64,000 nt of DNA from an uncultured Clostridia bacterium (GTDB lineage Bacteria; Bacillota; Clostridia; Christensenellales; UBA1242): NCBI GenBank assembly GCA_937893125.1, contig CALBHW010000059.1:17838-81837 (forward strand), given 5' to 3'. The notes beneath the pieces were generated by a model, which made no database searches, was not told where the DNA came from, and saw only the letters and a program-made list of their open reading frames with translations. Made by a program: the position numbers and the translations under genes. Positions 15,001 through 22,400 of the stretch are shown here, one piece after another (the first letter of the stretch is position 1; each line of letters begins with the position of its first letter).

Positions 15001-16189
15001 AAATGTGTACGGTCAAGACGGAAAGCCAATTAAGAGTTACAAGATTTTCAAAGATGCAGGTTATGATAAAGGTTCTATCGGCGGAATCGCTGGAAAATCT
15101 ACGAAATTTGCACTTTCAACTATTCTTACGACAACTGACTTCTCGTCAATTGACAAATTTGTTTCAACTGCTGAAATAAAAAATTGCGAGGTTAATGGTG
15201 CAGTTAGGGGCTTCTACTTCTATGGAAACGATAGTGAAAAAATTGAAGATAGAAGTGTTGCTGGCGACGAAGTACACACAACTCACATTGCTGATAAGCG
15301 TGGACAATATATTGGCTCAGTAGATAAACTTTCAAATGTCGATATGGGTGATGCAGAAGTCAAACGTGAATCGGTAGCGTCATTTGACCTTAAACAATTG
15401 ACATCCGCAGAAGGCATAATCAAGTTGCTTTCTACAAATGTTGATGACTTAGTCAAAACAACGCTTAGTGCAGATTACATTTATGCAACTTCTGCACAAT
15501 GGAAAGATAGAAATAAAGAAATTGATGACGAGAGCTTAAAAGAAAAAGCTTATGTCGTTGGATACAAACTTTTAACAAAATTTCATACATTCTCGCAAGT
15601 CAATGATAAAACTGTTGAATCTGTCCAAGATAAATATACTATTTATTTAAAGAAATCTGTTTCTAACGATATTAAACATATCACAACATTGGAAGAAGGT
15701 AGGCAGTTTAATCCAATAACTGAAGGTTATACCGAACAATACGAATGCGGGGAGGCAGAGCCTAGTGAAAAGCTTATAAAAACCCATGCTCAAATAAAGG
15801 CTTTGGAAGATTGCTTAACAAATCAAACTGATAATGGAGCAGTCGTTGTCGATGTTACAGATAATATAAAATTCAAATCAGGATCTTTTTTTAGCAATAA
15901 AGACGAAAAAGGACCAAATGAAGACTACGAGGAGTATATGTTTACTACAATAACTTGTGAATTAACTACTTTGAGTGTGTTTGTTGGCGGAAAGTACGAA
16001 GCAATGCAATATTGTGGCGGAGACATTGAAATGACAAGAAATGCTAGGTATAAGAAAGGATTTATGTCTGACCAAGCACAAAAAGCGTTGTTACTTGATG
16101 TGCTATACAAAATGAATGACACAGCCTATCTAACAATTCTTGAAGCACTAGATTCAGATTTTAAAATTCATTCAACTTTACTAGGCTAG
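2..16189 (+). CDS. Giant GLUG-like beta-helix repeat protein, 5' end outside the window (5,395 aa visible); putative surface/adhesin-like protein
   Basis: One uninterrupted frame runs from position 2. The ORF track starts at TTG 101, but codons 2-100 are open and read AKFESFDGNNKVITIKNFSLPDPRLTSNKANIG. That segment aligns with an internal segment of the downstream giant ORF, so the gene continues upstream. There are many tens of GG[ILVF][IVA]G rungs (VGGLVG, AGGIVG, IGGIVG...), often followed by G.I.NC. TAG stop at 16187-16189. Confidence 0.85.
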   Translation, partial: AKFESFDGNNKVITIKNFSLPDPRLTSNKANIGLFSTISSGTIVKNLIVAIPNSKRGIYENGSTRQYITNLEAYSSVNFGGIAGINNGIITNCDVVAIKSNLENGYVANFLTTAPSSVNVGGLVGTNSSSGIITNSRVGRKEVDILRTSYVGSVVASKTRLQNTTNFIMALYGGGNVGGFVGVNAGTISSSYVDNLQLEVYSASGTSPIKTAGFAVINSGYIYGSYASGPEEGVTGNYSVSRKLGGGIFSNGLVSGFVFNNENYIADCYSNINLSGNYEFALQSERVLHDKDLTDVSSSPAVAGFVYVKDEKSIVKTSYSLSKIKSNSSYGPFESPIGVQLNTNSTQLGTIENCYYLREEREDFPSNFERAKELSDNAVVDSEATTLSGINQFALTSSFNGFSFDPEIDDFSNFSGQSSGGVWAIRKGESGSGYPELISASTIALSSRILNTSKTDGTQKKFFTYIVDYELGSLNNPYLISTAEQYNKIFSDYADNLEYENTGSKYVSNIRLINNLNFSGLEVKSTSIEFTSITGQISLFDGNYLTMTGLSLQDTNEGSYAFGLFKGIYRAGVKNLTLGISEISAGSTTAVGGLAGVIVDSNISNVSLVPADGGKGEIFGRNYVGALAGIITSSDPASRIDEDKDKLYYISNINSTLSIKSDQGIDASSSLTTAFRIWQDISPVSDISGVSSSAGNLRLNNLNTNVAYAGGVAGVIDLRQDYVTSGSSAVISKEVAYNIHVGEFTPTTSIISSSAFSNSVKILSNYVGGLFGMIGSQTMVARSEFIVDEDSSLSAYKVAGGLSAFNYGMISKSFVAHNKDNNQSVDEALTSYMDGGNDAIQINSSLYSKSSEYTPRYIGGLVGINAGSLVNNSGSIIDSYNRVDVRNPGSIAVGGIVGGSYVGELRNVYTTASLLGNTNATETVYIGGIVGRIFDRPTENFFVETASGNKVLNLSNIVAMNIYSESDFDLLYEFVTHNDGAIGALYGKYINLKADGTQGIVRIDQGARVYFNQYALRTYDGSEVFQAGRDSTFNVGTYITEKGTTSLINLWGACKTASSINLYDKYLANYMEGSSYYVIQPHQLYRFLKNDGNPDCAPLRNTYFGPLKWSRDVWSYNDAQILPTLDYGYKTSVRRIYTAQEFIDEVSSSNNSEMTYLIMNDLDFSTIAFTPINKTFGGRIIGSSVQYVVDGVTYSRYPILFNLDYSLNAESATRSSYALFEHASNATISNLNIVVKNYDVNFRSDLSTTAKASALIALAEGVTLSNVNVYSSLLGKVSTVASKLSYASSFSGDYSVTQGLAVDSETGKYTQASSAYLRTKYNNETRLYQYVGKQGNIDVNSFVIQSVTAEDGSSTPVSEIANIPVKTAKIKTNAEYFGGLIASTGESTVVIENCSSNIDVEIVVTKKLNNAYYGAIIGEGNGKIRRSTASGETGTKLSVQSSYNPTGAYKDVENMYVGGIAGFFKGELDYIYIDNLTITVGGNPIGSKSEKAFIVNTPRESASGGAYIGGVVGSASTFTASKDYTSGSLSEINVTNIRIETTVKGQLTVGGVVARNVATISGIYIRNLSSSTSSGIVAHIDNGSAKNVLGGVVGENTTSALSDVYSNLSINTISSAYASLYVGGILGQTTSTMALRNVVSDAKAITLDKIKKDDGYDNLDYVVIGGVVASASSLEVRNILSTVDIVASQDREMTIGGAIGNVGTISTANAIVLGNILLRRGMGVDKDSYFYLDEASRYNVGGFIGNVETSFAVLTDNSNQENLILSTIRDYAIGQKLEVYEGSVIGGNLSKINFSGPLFKVYYNENISLVANNNVVNLSTLATGQIVASADDFTSIDQDDSLITLFKDMLSNFTYSSGIVPQSITYVEGTSTTFFNNYYRAVDKEPVVGSKLAPQKFEGGNPTNNTYYVLESDLTLSSSISAVNGSDVYTGWVINCRGFAIKVRNDKGLAVSAFSEVTENSAVVGMLVTVTDNVVDNFSAIADTNNGFIFSCGVSGKIANDENPQQPARALTSLVYNNLGVISRSFSTAEIVSDGGFGLVAYNGKEEAKEKVGNIYDSFFTGSIVDKAVSGDSVFAGIALQSYYGVMSNSYTMADIDTSKVTNIYPIMQVDFAENPKQNLYRTFYDYIAYLGDFEGTVNGVERTRSIANTDSTNKSFLTVGGIYVWTTTFSGDITKRLEGSDNDENLNNLVNTVTKSMTDLFQTNWIGQANKNILIETFVEKVCSLEDTANADDARKHLDNTWFNYGYISKDLSRVYVGNNASKYFQMLYSGNGLASKENITGAKTSTVKGFLDQPYSIKHGGLLDMLVTENCLLSEPIYRHYLFTRNISLKKYNGLTYWSESWDLNNAVFIGDLDGDGKLVSDMFSTYGLVRAIPNAGNTGLVTKVRNIVFNGSYSKTGLVAGYMGGGEISGIKVLDSYLGRTGVNYVYNGNLFDTKVDGVESAKLMSDRAMNSLKASITEITVKENNVTTTKRFMGKNRLNGQATVFAGGLVGYMTDGLITDIEINGLNIMAYNRVGIASKLFTKENGYNVNITSDTSMYNDDITYAGGLVGIMTGGEIKGTQNVIRNGYILATDKTENNGVDILGGSGDIVVRKLTVATSFDDQQYLQPYSYVGGIVGYIGKEKDNTNIPVISNISFEQKYDDDSDKTAISLYGMMSLGGFAGIVDGGKVLACSYNLQSTNNDANKLRVGYGKWTRVEEGSNKSINLTLEDLSGGNLGGVESVVEGDFFSNSGEKHKVTILINDIYVGGIAGAIYSGTISYCKFDKESAMHMQTTKLSGYGNIMVGGIVGESYESNSSDQSVVITNVESRGSINVQGAVEIIVGGVIGRMRKGTVQNVTVGGEESTIEIRATSTELSAKASGYIDWANGSSFIRNSDQAQSAFEKYIQSVKDNWSDSKNVWDYTKTIYKAIIEFGDDNYWKAACEVKGLAQLSFTAQNAMAGGVVGKLISGELEGDYNKQVDGSYPEGTEYTGYIKFGKARIYSTESSGGVVGKIVYNGDPVSVKHIEVGSNISVFSAGTISFVIKGQTYTYVSSNAYANIDDVVAKAFKDDMKLVIDADSIASLSNVSLYGIFGLGLSKSSAGGIVGYIKYQDTTWTNEELITVSDCATHGSVGSALATYVGGIVGLVSDTSGRNKHTMIKNCTSSSLLRGYLLKSFAGGTVGYLNTGTVYNCVSYASFGDAFETIGNMFSLAPDNSANNDAWKNILDGIANMLVGIPNISGGIVGYCEDGVVRACSTGECDFNTFGFKMSFVLGVRVAGGIVGVAAGGTFTPQEIKVVKKDGKEIEQYEFGIMQNNGIVYSLYGIAGGLFGVVSGADVEIVGYQNSNFRIADILGTTIRLASSAFGAGDAEKNWENFKNAFEDECKRTLGLNENGIELGFMINNYLGMVFGQVAGGIVGYYDTNNMATSSRKSLSGCINLGRVYTGIMSAWASVKTMAKMVLFNENASKMNNSAVLIEMLAGLSDSNFDTVMNDYIAQFDWKHAEMDDIQSSIEDGLSQATFSAGFVIDGEKVSLLDIFMGAGLESLFPISLDENNTLLHSEVEIAQDILDLVEGITVFKYHHNPNWKLSDMKVGDNGVVSNGLIRDDEKICKIVNNEPKNLTNKDLEDAKDKGLIVFKDFYPTAISLTEGDDNEGSKVWIEPTIKGFGASGGIVGMINGYKSTGELTINLTLSWTFTGIMTGAFASSVITSNGIAGGIVGVAGSPTIVTSSFNFTNVLARMAGGIVGLGNDKVKVLSYQGGATSETEFKHIFTEIINAIMGVDESSRPSVCYGSVMNAGMVNGSLFAGGIYGYANGAMINSPEMEELFYRDHSLGIYVDVNGNNILPDDWETILDGINLSKLGNANILSVINSGSVFSNRFAGGIAGYSTGNSGFYNAKTSGNWFRLLGNLSSCTSVVDSINAIEDWNILNPENRTTGNNAPCFYISAPYAGGLVGYLDDGVIGGSCRVGTNDAVSIKIKISAHFYDPNTENMTDSEKAKYLENNKPKYTGGFAGGVVGIMAGGILGTTYENNGVVQKVAISVGHSTMFGLTENFIIPYVGGVIGGYAVPGATTAEAIRTVGFVENSAVVSNGLFTGGVFGRIMSNKNIGLNLGSSETDNPYIVGTVLEYDNSGKLKTTDNKRLIIKGNAGTICGGIIGYLENSTIKNVLSCAKIIGSRGSTMGGIVGWLRGGTISNCVVSQLTRKEVKDSKGNKKEVLSIDWDTKDKKGNPDYLFNLTNSVISNEDAKTALKNYFTGDSSWSNGGSLVWSRILSESYVGGIAGRISGNKTGGGHNIAIISNCVMYANMQGGGNTGGIVGHMIGKTRVTQCYNFGSILRAGNAGGIVGLAETYQEDMKSGQTMKNDSPNIANVYVGRELLVSDGVKAGGLSLIKSVLNEDGTSTSAKRKVFNVLGEERKIYMYDDALLVLDLGTSSEEEISLKDLKEFFGVGENDGLQSITGSMSVGGFVGVLRGHSHLASGKAGMLVKVATEVDKKNKLEDLKRMVLASYGGDIMDLFGDKFGNIDGVGAVGGVVGTATEFATVGMSASDETSFWNQVVDILKDIFGSRGLTEGYLQGAGIVSGWSAGGLVGKLSNKAKIEGGTTALLVRGEIYAGGVVGFVDGDGESHIRGVKNYSIFNVNTNGVIALSGDTIKIIDDAMSKDDDEDLTTGEETGDGTTEDDETDIMSIVKTSLGGLVGYYTGQGEIKNTGMDPMPVLGLSVDADIVLDKYFAGGYIGHLHNADLTSNLISVPTDSKDVKLQVIGGTLSYAGTLVGRISGKASIDVNTKKITAGLLEKFRTNALGAVKGAGGLVGAITSNSKFAAGGDITFEPSKVTLNMPTNFGATLSAMSVGGAVGAVLDDSELVLGCDFKVDGSLNTPFEKGYSGGLVGIVKGKITGNGHTISADGYPFGAERDERNQIDMDTVKETTIGGVAGVLDSGEIGNVKNAISIEAGHKSTVGGIVGLLAGGKILDCQNSASLSLISKNDNGTRGSASNTTPWSQVSSKGNSTNVYGQDGKPIKSYKIFKDAGYDKGSIGGIAGKSTKFALSTILTTTDFSSIDKFVSTAEIKNCEVNGAVRGFYFYGNDSEKIEDRSVAGDEVHTTHIADKRGQYIGSVDKLSNVDMGDAEVKRESVASFDLKQLTSAEGIIKLLSTNVDDLVKTTLSADYIYATSAQWKDRNKEIDDESLKEKAYVVGYKLLTKFHTFSQVNDKTVESVQDKYTIYLKKSVSNDIKHITTLEEGRQFNPITEGYTEQYECGEAEPSEKLIKTHAQIKALEDCLTNQTDNGAVVVDVTDNIKFKSGSFFSNKDEKGPNEDYEEYMFTTITCELTTLSVFVGGKYEAMQYCGGDIEMTRNARYKKGFMSDQAQKALLLDVLYKMNDTAYLTILEALDSDFKIHSTLLG

Positions 16190-16439
16190 GGCGAAGCCTA
16201 GAAAAGATTTTGCTTAATAAGGGGCAAATTAGAAAAATTTTAGTAGAATTTCTTTTAAGACATTTAGATTTAAAAGTTTTCAAAATTTGTCCCTTGTAGC
16301 AAAAACAAAACAATTTTTAGTTTTGCAATTAGAAAATACTTATAAAATCAAATAAAAAATATTTTTAAAAGGATTTTTTGGGATATTCTTTTAAAAATTT
16401 GTGAGTTTAGGGTAAAATAATAAAAGGAAAAGGAAAAAA

Positions 16440-19400
16440 ATGAAAAGGTTTTTCAAAAGCGTTTTAGCATTTATATTTGTTCTATGCTGTTTTTCATTTA
16501 TTGGATGTGGCGACAAATATAGCGATCTTAAATTTTCGCTATCTTTTTCCTATTCCCAAACTGACACAGTAGAAATATTAAGTGATGGGACAAGAAGGGT
16601 CAAAACGACTGGGCTTGTTTTCGACGAAAAGTTGGATGGCAACTATACATTCTATTTATCCCAAAAAGACGTTTCTCAAAACAAATTCCCAAAAGCAACT
16701 TTAAAAGTTTCCTATTCTGGTTATCCAAGTGACTTTAATTTCGGGGCGACTGCGTCGTCAAGTAACACGGAAGTTTTATCAAACGCTATTAGTTCAAGAA
16801 AATCAGGGGATGACGCTTATTTAGACATTACTGTTTGTGGCGTGGGGCAAAGCGAGTTAACTGTTCTTAACAATGAAACGGGAAGGTCGCAAAAAATATA
16901 TGTCGATGTTAAAGGCGTTGCAAGTAGTTTAGCCTTTTCACAAAACAACATTGCTTTTGCGAATGTTTCAAGCGAGAATAGTAAAATCAATCTTTTAAGC
17001 TACCTTTCAACAAACGATACAACAAATTTGACTTTTAAGTTTGGTGTAAAAAATGGTGAAAATTTTACAGAATACGATTCAAGTACTTTGTCATCTACAT
17101 ATGGTCTAAGTTTTGATAAATCGACGGGAGAGTTGTCGCTTGATAGAAAAACGACTCTTTCAACACTTGATGTTTTAGCAATTTACACTAGCCCTATTGG
17201 CGATAATTTGCAAGCGGAAACAAGAATAAGATTTTTAAACGACATTACAGATTTCAATATTTACGCGGGTCAATCTTTTGAAGATACAAAAAATGAAAAT
17301 AACCGCATAAATTCGGAGTCTCTTCTTGAATTTTATTCCAATTTGACAGACGGAAGTTATAAGGATTTAGTTTTAGTCGCAAAATCTAATGGCGAAAAAG
17401 TCAAATTTGATTTGTCGCAAAACGAGACTTTCCCATTTACGACCGATATTGAAATTTCCGAAGTTAAGTATTTGACGGCGAGTTTAGTTTCAACGACCTA
17501 TGATAAGGCAACATATGCTTATCAAGTCGTGCGAGTTGTCGCAAGTAAAAATACAGAAGATAAGACTAAGTATGGTGAAGATAGGTCATATAACCTTGTA
17601 ATTTCTTGCGAGTATGCTGACTATACTGTTCCAAGTTATCCGCTTTTTAATACTATAAAAACTAAGGCGTATGACTTAATTAAGGCTTTTAAAGTTAATA
17701 ATGTAAAGGGTGCGTTGACTTTTTCCGACGCGCTCGAACAAGATATTTTCTTCAATTCTTCAGTTGTTGCGGGAGAAAAGTTTTTTGTTGAAATTTACGA
17801 CCAACCAACAATATTGCAAGAAAATTCAAAGTTTTTTGTCGAGTTCTATGACAAAGATAGGGCAAAACTTGAGAGAGTGAACGATTATCTTACTGTTTCC
17901 TATCAAGAAAAAAATTCTCAAAGAGTTGTTACATTAGAGAATAACGATTTTGGCGTCTTGGCGTTTAATAAAGAGACAACCTTTTATGTTAAACCAAGTG
18001 AAGGGTCGACTTTGCGTGCGGGCGACAAAATATATATGGCTTTTAGGGCGCAAAAACCAGCCGAAGAACAGGCGGTTGCTTTTTGCTTTCTAAATGTTTG
18101 TGAAGGGATTGAAAATATCTCTAAAATCGACTACTCATTTAATCAATTTCAAATTGGTGACGGCGACTATGTTTTAGATAATGATGGAAATAGAATCGTC
18201 GACACGGTGACAGATTCGTCAAATTTTGTTAAAGTAGACGAACATATCTATGAAAGCGAAAAAACTATCAACCTTGATAGTGATGTCGAAAATGTTTCAG
18301 CGTATGTGACACTTAGTTACACGCCAGTTACGGCAAAACTTAGCAACTTATCTGTTGTTTCAAAAAATACAAGCCTTGTTCAAGTCGTGAGAGCAGGTGA
18401 AGATAACGCGTTTGTCATTGTACCACAAAAAGTTACAAGTGAAGGCGGGGACGCAATTATTGAAATAACTGCAAGCAACTTGGTTGATATTTATAGAATA
18501 AGAGTCAAGGTTTACACCGCGATAAATAAGTTAAATGTAACTTTAAACGACCCAAAGGGCACAGCTCTTATAGTTAACGAAAATGGGGATGTTAAGTCTG
18601 CAATTGTCGAGTATCAAAAAAGATATGATCTCTCTGTTTCTATCCAACCTGTTTCAAAGAAATATGAGATAAAGTACGATGTTTATAGAGCGTCGAAAGC
18701 GGACGACAATTTGGTCGGGAGTTTAACTTGTGAATATAGTGATCTAACGATGAGTGTCATAAATGGCGTAAATAGCGGGCTTATAAACGATTCGAAATTC
18801 TCGTTTGACGCACATGATTTTGGATTTTCATTTGTTGATGACACAAAAGAATCATACATTCTTGTTTTGTCAATCATAAACGCAAACGGAACGATTATCA
18901 AAAGGGAAATAACTCTTTCTTCTTATGTTCCTGTTGCAACAATGGAAGTTTCTAGTTTTAGATCATCAATATATGATGCAAATAATATCTATTATGAAAA
19001 TAAAGTTCTAAATAACGTAATAAATGAAAAAAGTTTACTACTTGACGAAAGCGTTTTTGGTGTAAAAGTTAATTTGACTGGAAAAGGTGATAAAAATCCT
19101 ACTTATACGTTCCAAAATAATGGATATATAACGATTTCTATTGACGGTCAAAAAGAAACAACATATAAAATTCAAGACGGAACACTAACTAGCGGGAGTT
19201 TGGGACTCGGAACAAAAGTTAAGGCGCTTAGCCTTAGCCCAATAAGATTTGAGTCGGGCGACACATACTATATTTTTAGGTTGCAAGAAGAATATAAGAG
19301 CCAAAATTCAATAGGAAGTGTTCTTGTGACTGCGGGAATTGAACAATTTGGCAATCCTAATAAGGTCATTGAAAAATCGACAAAAATCGACATATTGCCA

Positions 19401-22400
19401 GTTTCGCAAGTTTTAGGACTTACACCTTCAACTACTGACATCAATTTTAAACAAGGGCAAACAAAGCCTGCGGAATTTCAAGTTGCGCTAGCGGGCGACA
19501 AAATAAAGAATGACAATCTTTTAACAAAAGTTATTGGAATAAAAAATTTTAGAAACCAAACTTACTATTTTGAAAGTGATGGCACTGACGGACTCTTTAG
19601 TCTTTCTTTGTCTGGTGCGGACTTAACTGCAAAAGATTATACTCTTAGCGTTTATTCGACCTTTATTGGTCAAGGTTTTGCAATTTTTGTCCCACAAGAT
19701 AAGGTGACGACAAAGGAAAATTTTGACAATTTCTTTAATTTTAGTTTTGTTACAATTAGTGATTTAACCTTAGAAGAGTTTGTCCCAAGAATGTTTTACA
19801 TTTTGGACAACGAAAATAATTATGTTTTGGCACATAGTTATGAAGAAAATAGGAATTATTATCTTCGCGTTGTTGATAGAGATGTTCTTTCGTCTGTGTA
19901 TAATGACATGGCGGTTGTAAATTTCTCTGTCAGCGACGGGCTTAGTATTCCATATCATATTTCAACATTAGACGACCTTTTATCTATTGGTGAAAGTCAA
20001 GAATCGGTTACAAAAAACTATATTTTGACAAAAGATATTGAAATCGGGAATAAAAATTTTGCTCCAATCGGAAATTATTATCACGTAAATTTGACCGAAG
20101 AACAATTTACAAATAGAGTTGACACATATTACATAAATGTTGATGGCTCGTTTGTTGTTGCGTCAAATTATGATGAAGACAATGTCTATTATGCATACGG
20201 ATTTAACGGCACTTTTACTGGGAAATATGTTATTCCAAGTTTAAAAGGTGACGACATAATAAGATACTATGATTTGACAGGAATAAATTATGAAGGAGTT
20301 AACCCTTCAAATGTAGACGGAATTTTTGCAAGACTTGGCGAAAATGGCAAAATTAGTGATTTAGGACTTGTTTTTGACACATATAATATGAGTTTTGCTT
20401 CGAATGCGGGCGGAGAAGAAGTGACAAATGTTGTCGGCGGACTTGTTGCAACAAATTTTGGGCGAATTGAAAATATTAGCGTAACATTTGACGGCTATTT
20501 TATTAAAACTGAAGAAAATTTGACACTTGGCGGAATCATTGGCGTAAACTATGGCACTTTTGATAATTCGACCATTAGAAATAGCGCAAAAACGACAGGC
20601 ACGATTATGATTGACTCTTCAAAACAAAACGCAGAACTTTTAATCGGCGGTTTTGTTGGCGAAAATAAGGGCGTAGTTATTGGTTCAAATAAAGTCGTTG
20701 ACTCATTTGATATTGCGTACGACGACCTAGGATTTGATTGTAACCTTATTTTGAGTGTTCAAGACCAATCGCAAAACGGGGAAGATTCAAACAAATCAAG
20801 CATCGGACTTGTGGCTGGAAAATCAATCGGACTTATATCAAATTTCGCTATTAACGGTAGAATTAGTGCTTCAAAAATGGACAATGTCGGCGGAATTGTA
20901 GGTTATATTGAATATGGCGAACTTCAAGTTGAGGACGACGGATATGCCTTAAAAGATAGTTATTCGATTGCTCGTGTCCAAGGCAGGTCGTATGTCGGCG
21001 GGGTAATTGGACAAACATTTGGTAGGGATTCAAATTTAGCAGTTAAGGTATATAACGTTAGTGCTGAAAATTACGATACGATGTCTTATGCAACTCGCGT
21101 ATTTGTACGCGGGAAAGATTATGTCGGTGGACTTGTCGGTCGTGCAATGTATTCAAAATTTGAATATTCCTATGTTGCAAGTTATTACAAATTTGACGAA
21201 AATAGTTTTGATATCGAAGGAGACAGGCTTGTTGGCGGATTTATTGGCAACGCACAAAATATAAGCGTTTCTCAATGCGCAAGTTTCATAAATGTTGAAG
21301 TTGGGGCAGGCGGAACAAATGGCGGACTATTTATTGCAATGTCAAGCGGTGTTTCAGCGCAAAACTCTTTTGCGTATGGATATGGCAAAAATTTGACAAC
21401 AAGAAATCTAGGTTTTGCAGTTTCCGACTACAACACAAACCAACTTTATATAATCTTTTACAATGTTAATGAAGACAATAAGTTGTATGTTAATAATGTC
21501 GAGAATAAAACAATTGATTCTATTTCAATAACTGAAAACAATTATTGGAAAAAGGCGGAAGAAGGAAGTTTAATCCCATATTATCTTCTAAAAGATGGCA
21601 AGCCACTTATGGCTGTTTCACCTACAATTGACGCAACGGTAAAAGAAGTTGAAAGTTACGAAAGATTTATTGGTGTCACAGGGCAAAAAGCGGTTGTTTT
21701 GTTCCTTGTAGAAGATAGTAGTGGTGTATACACTAACGAACAAATCGAGAGACTCAACACAATTGATGTCGGAGACATCTTTGATATTGATATTGACCCA
21801 TTGACATATAAGACATCAAAAATTTCAATTAGTACAACAAAGCCAACTGACATTTTGACAATTAGTGACGGCAAAATTGTCCTTAAAAAAGAAGGCAATG
21901 TAACTCTTAAAATAGCGTCTAAACTTACGACATTGTCAAATACGGAAATCGAAATTATTGTTATGAAAGGCGTGTCTGATGTAAAGGTTTACTCAAACGA
22001 CTCTGTTTTGCGTGACATTTCAGGCTCAACTATGGAAGTTGTCAAAAATAGTCCACAAACGCTATATTCTAGGGCAACATATGATAGAACACTTGACGGA
22101 AAAAATATTTCATTTAGGGCGTCTAGCAAGGGAATAGGTGTAAGATTTATGATTGACAAAACGAACATCCCAGCGGAATACAAGGACAATCTAAACGCAA
22201 TTCTTGCCTTTAATAATGTCGGCTGGGAAAACTTGCCAGAACTTGATTATCAGTTCGTCGACATTGAAGATTCTACAAATATAACTCTTATTGCTAAACT
22301 TGCACAAGAAAATGCAATTGCAATTTCCTACATTCCTTTCATAAGAAAAACTGTTTCTGGCGTTTTAACAACTATTCTTCTTGACAAATTAAAAGGCGAA

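Noticed and set aside
16190-16439. Possibility that ORF1 and ORF2 are one gene split by a sequencing error
   Set aside because: They are in different frames and separated by a 250-nt AT-rich spacer containing multiple stops. ORF2 has its own RBS and an N-terminal lipoprotein-type signal peptide, so they are separate genes.
15180-16439. Polymorphic-toxin reading: ORF1 C-terminal domain as a toxin with a downstream immunity gene
   Set aside because: No small immunity-like ORF follows the stop; the next gene is the second giant. I recognise no toxin or pre-toxin motif. The idea is kept only as something a profile search could revisit.
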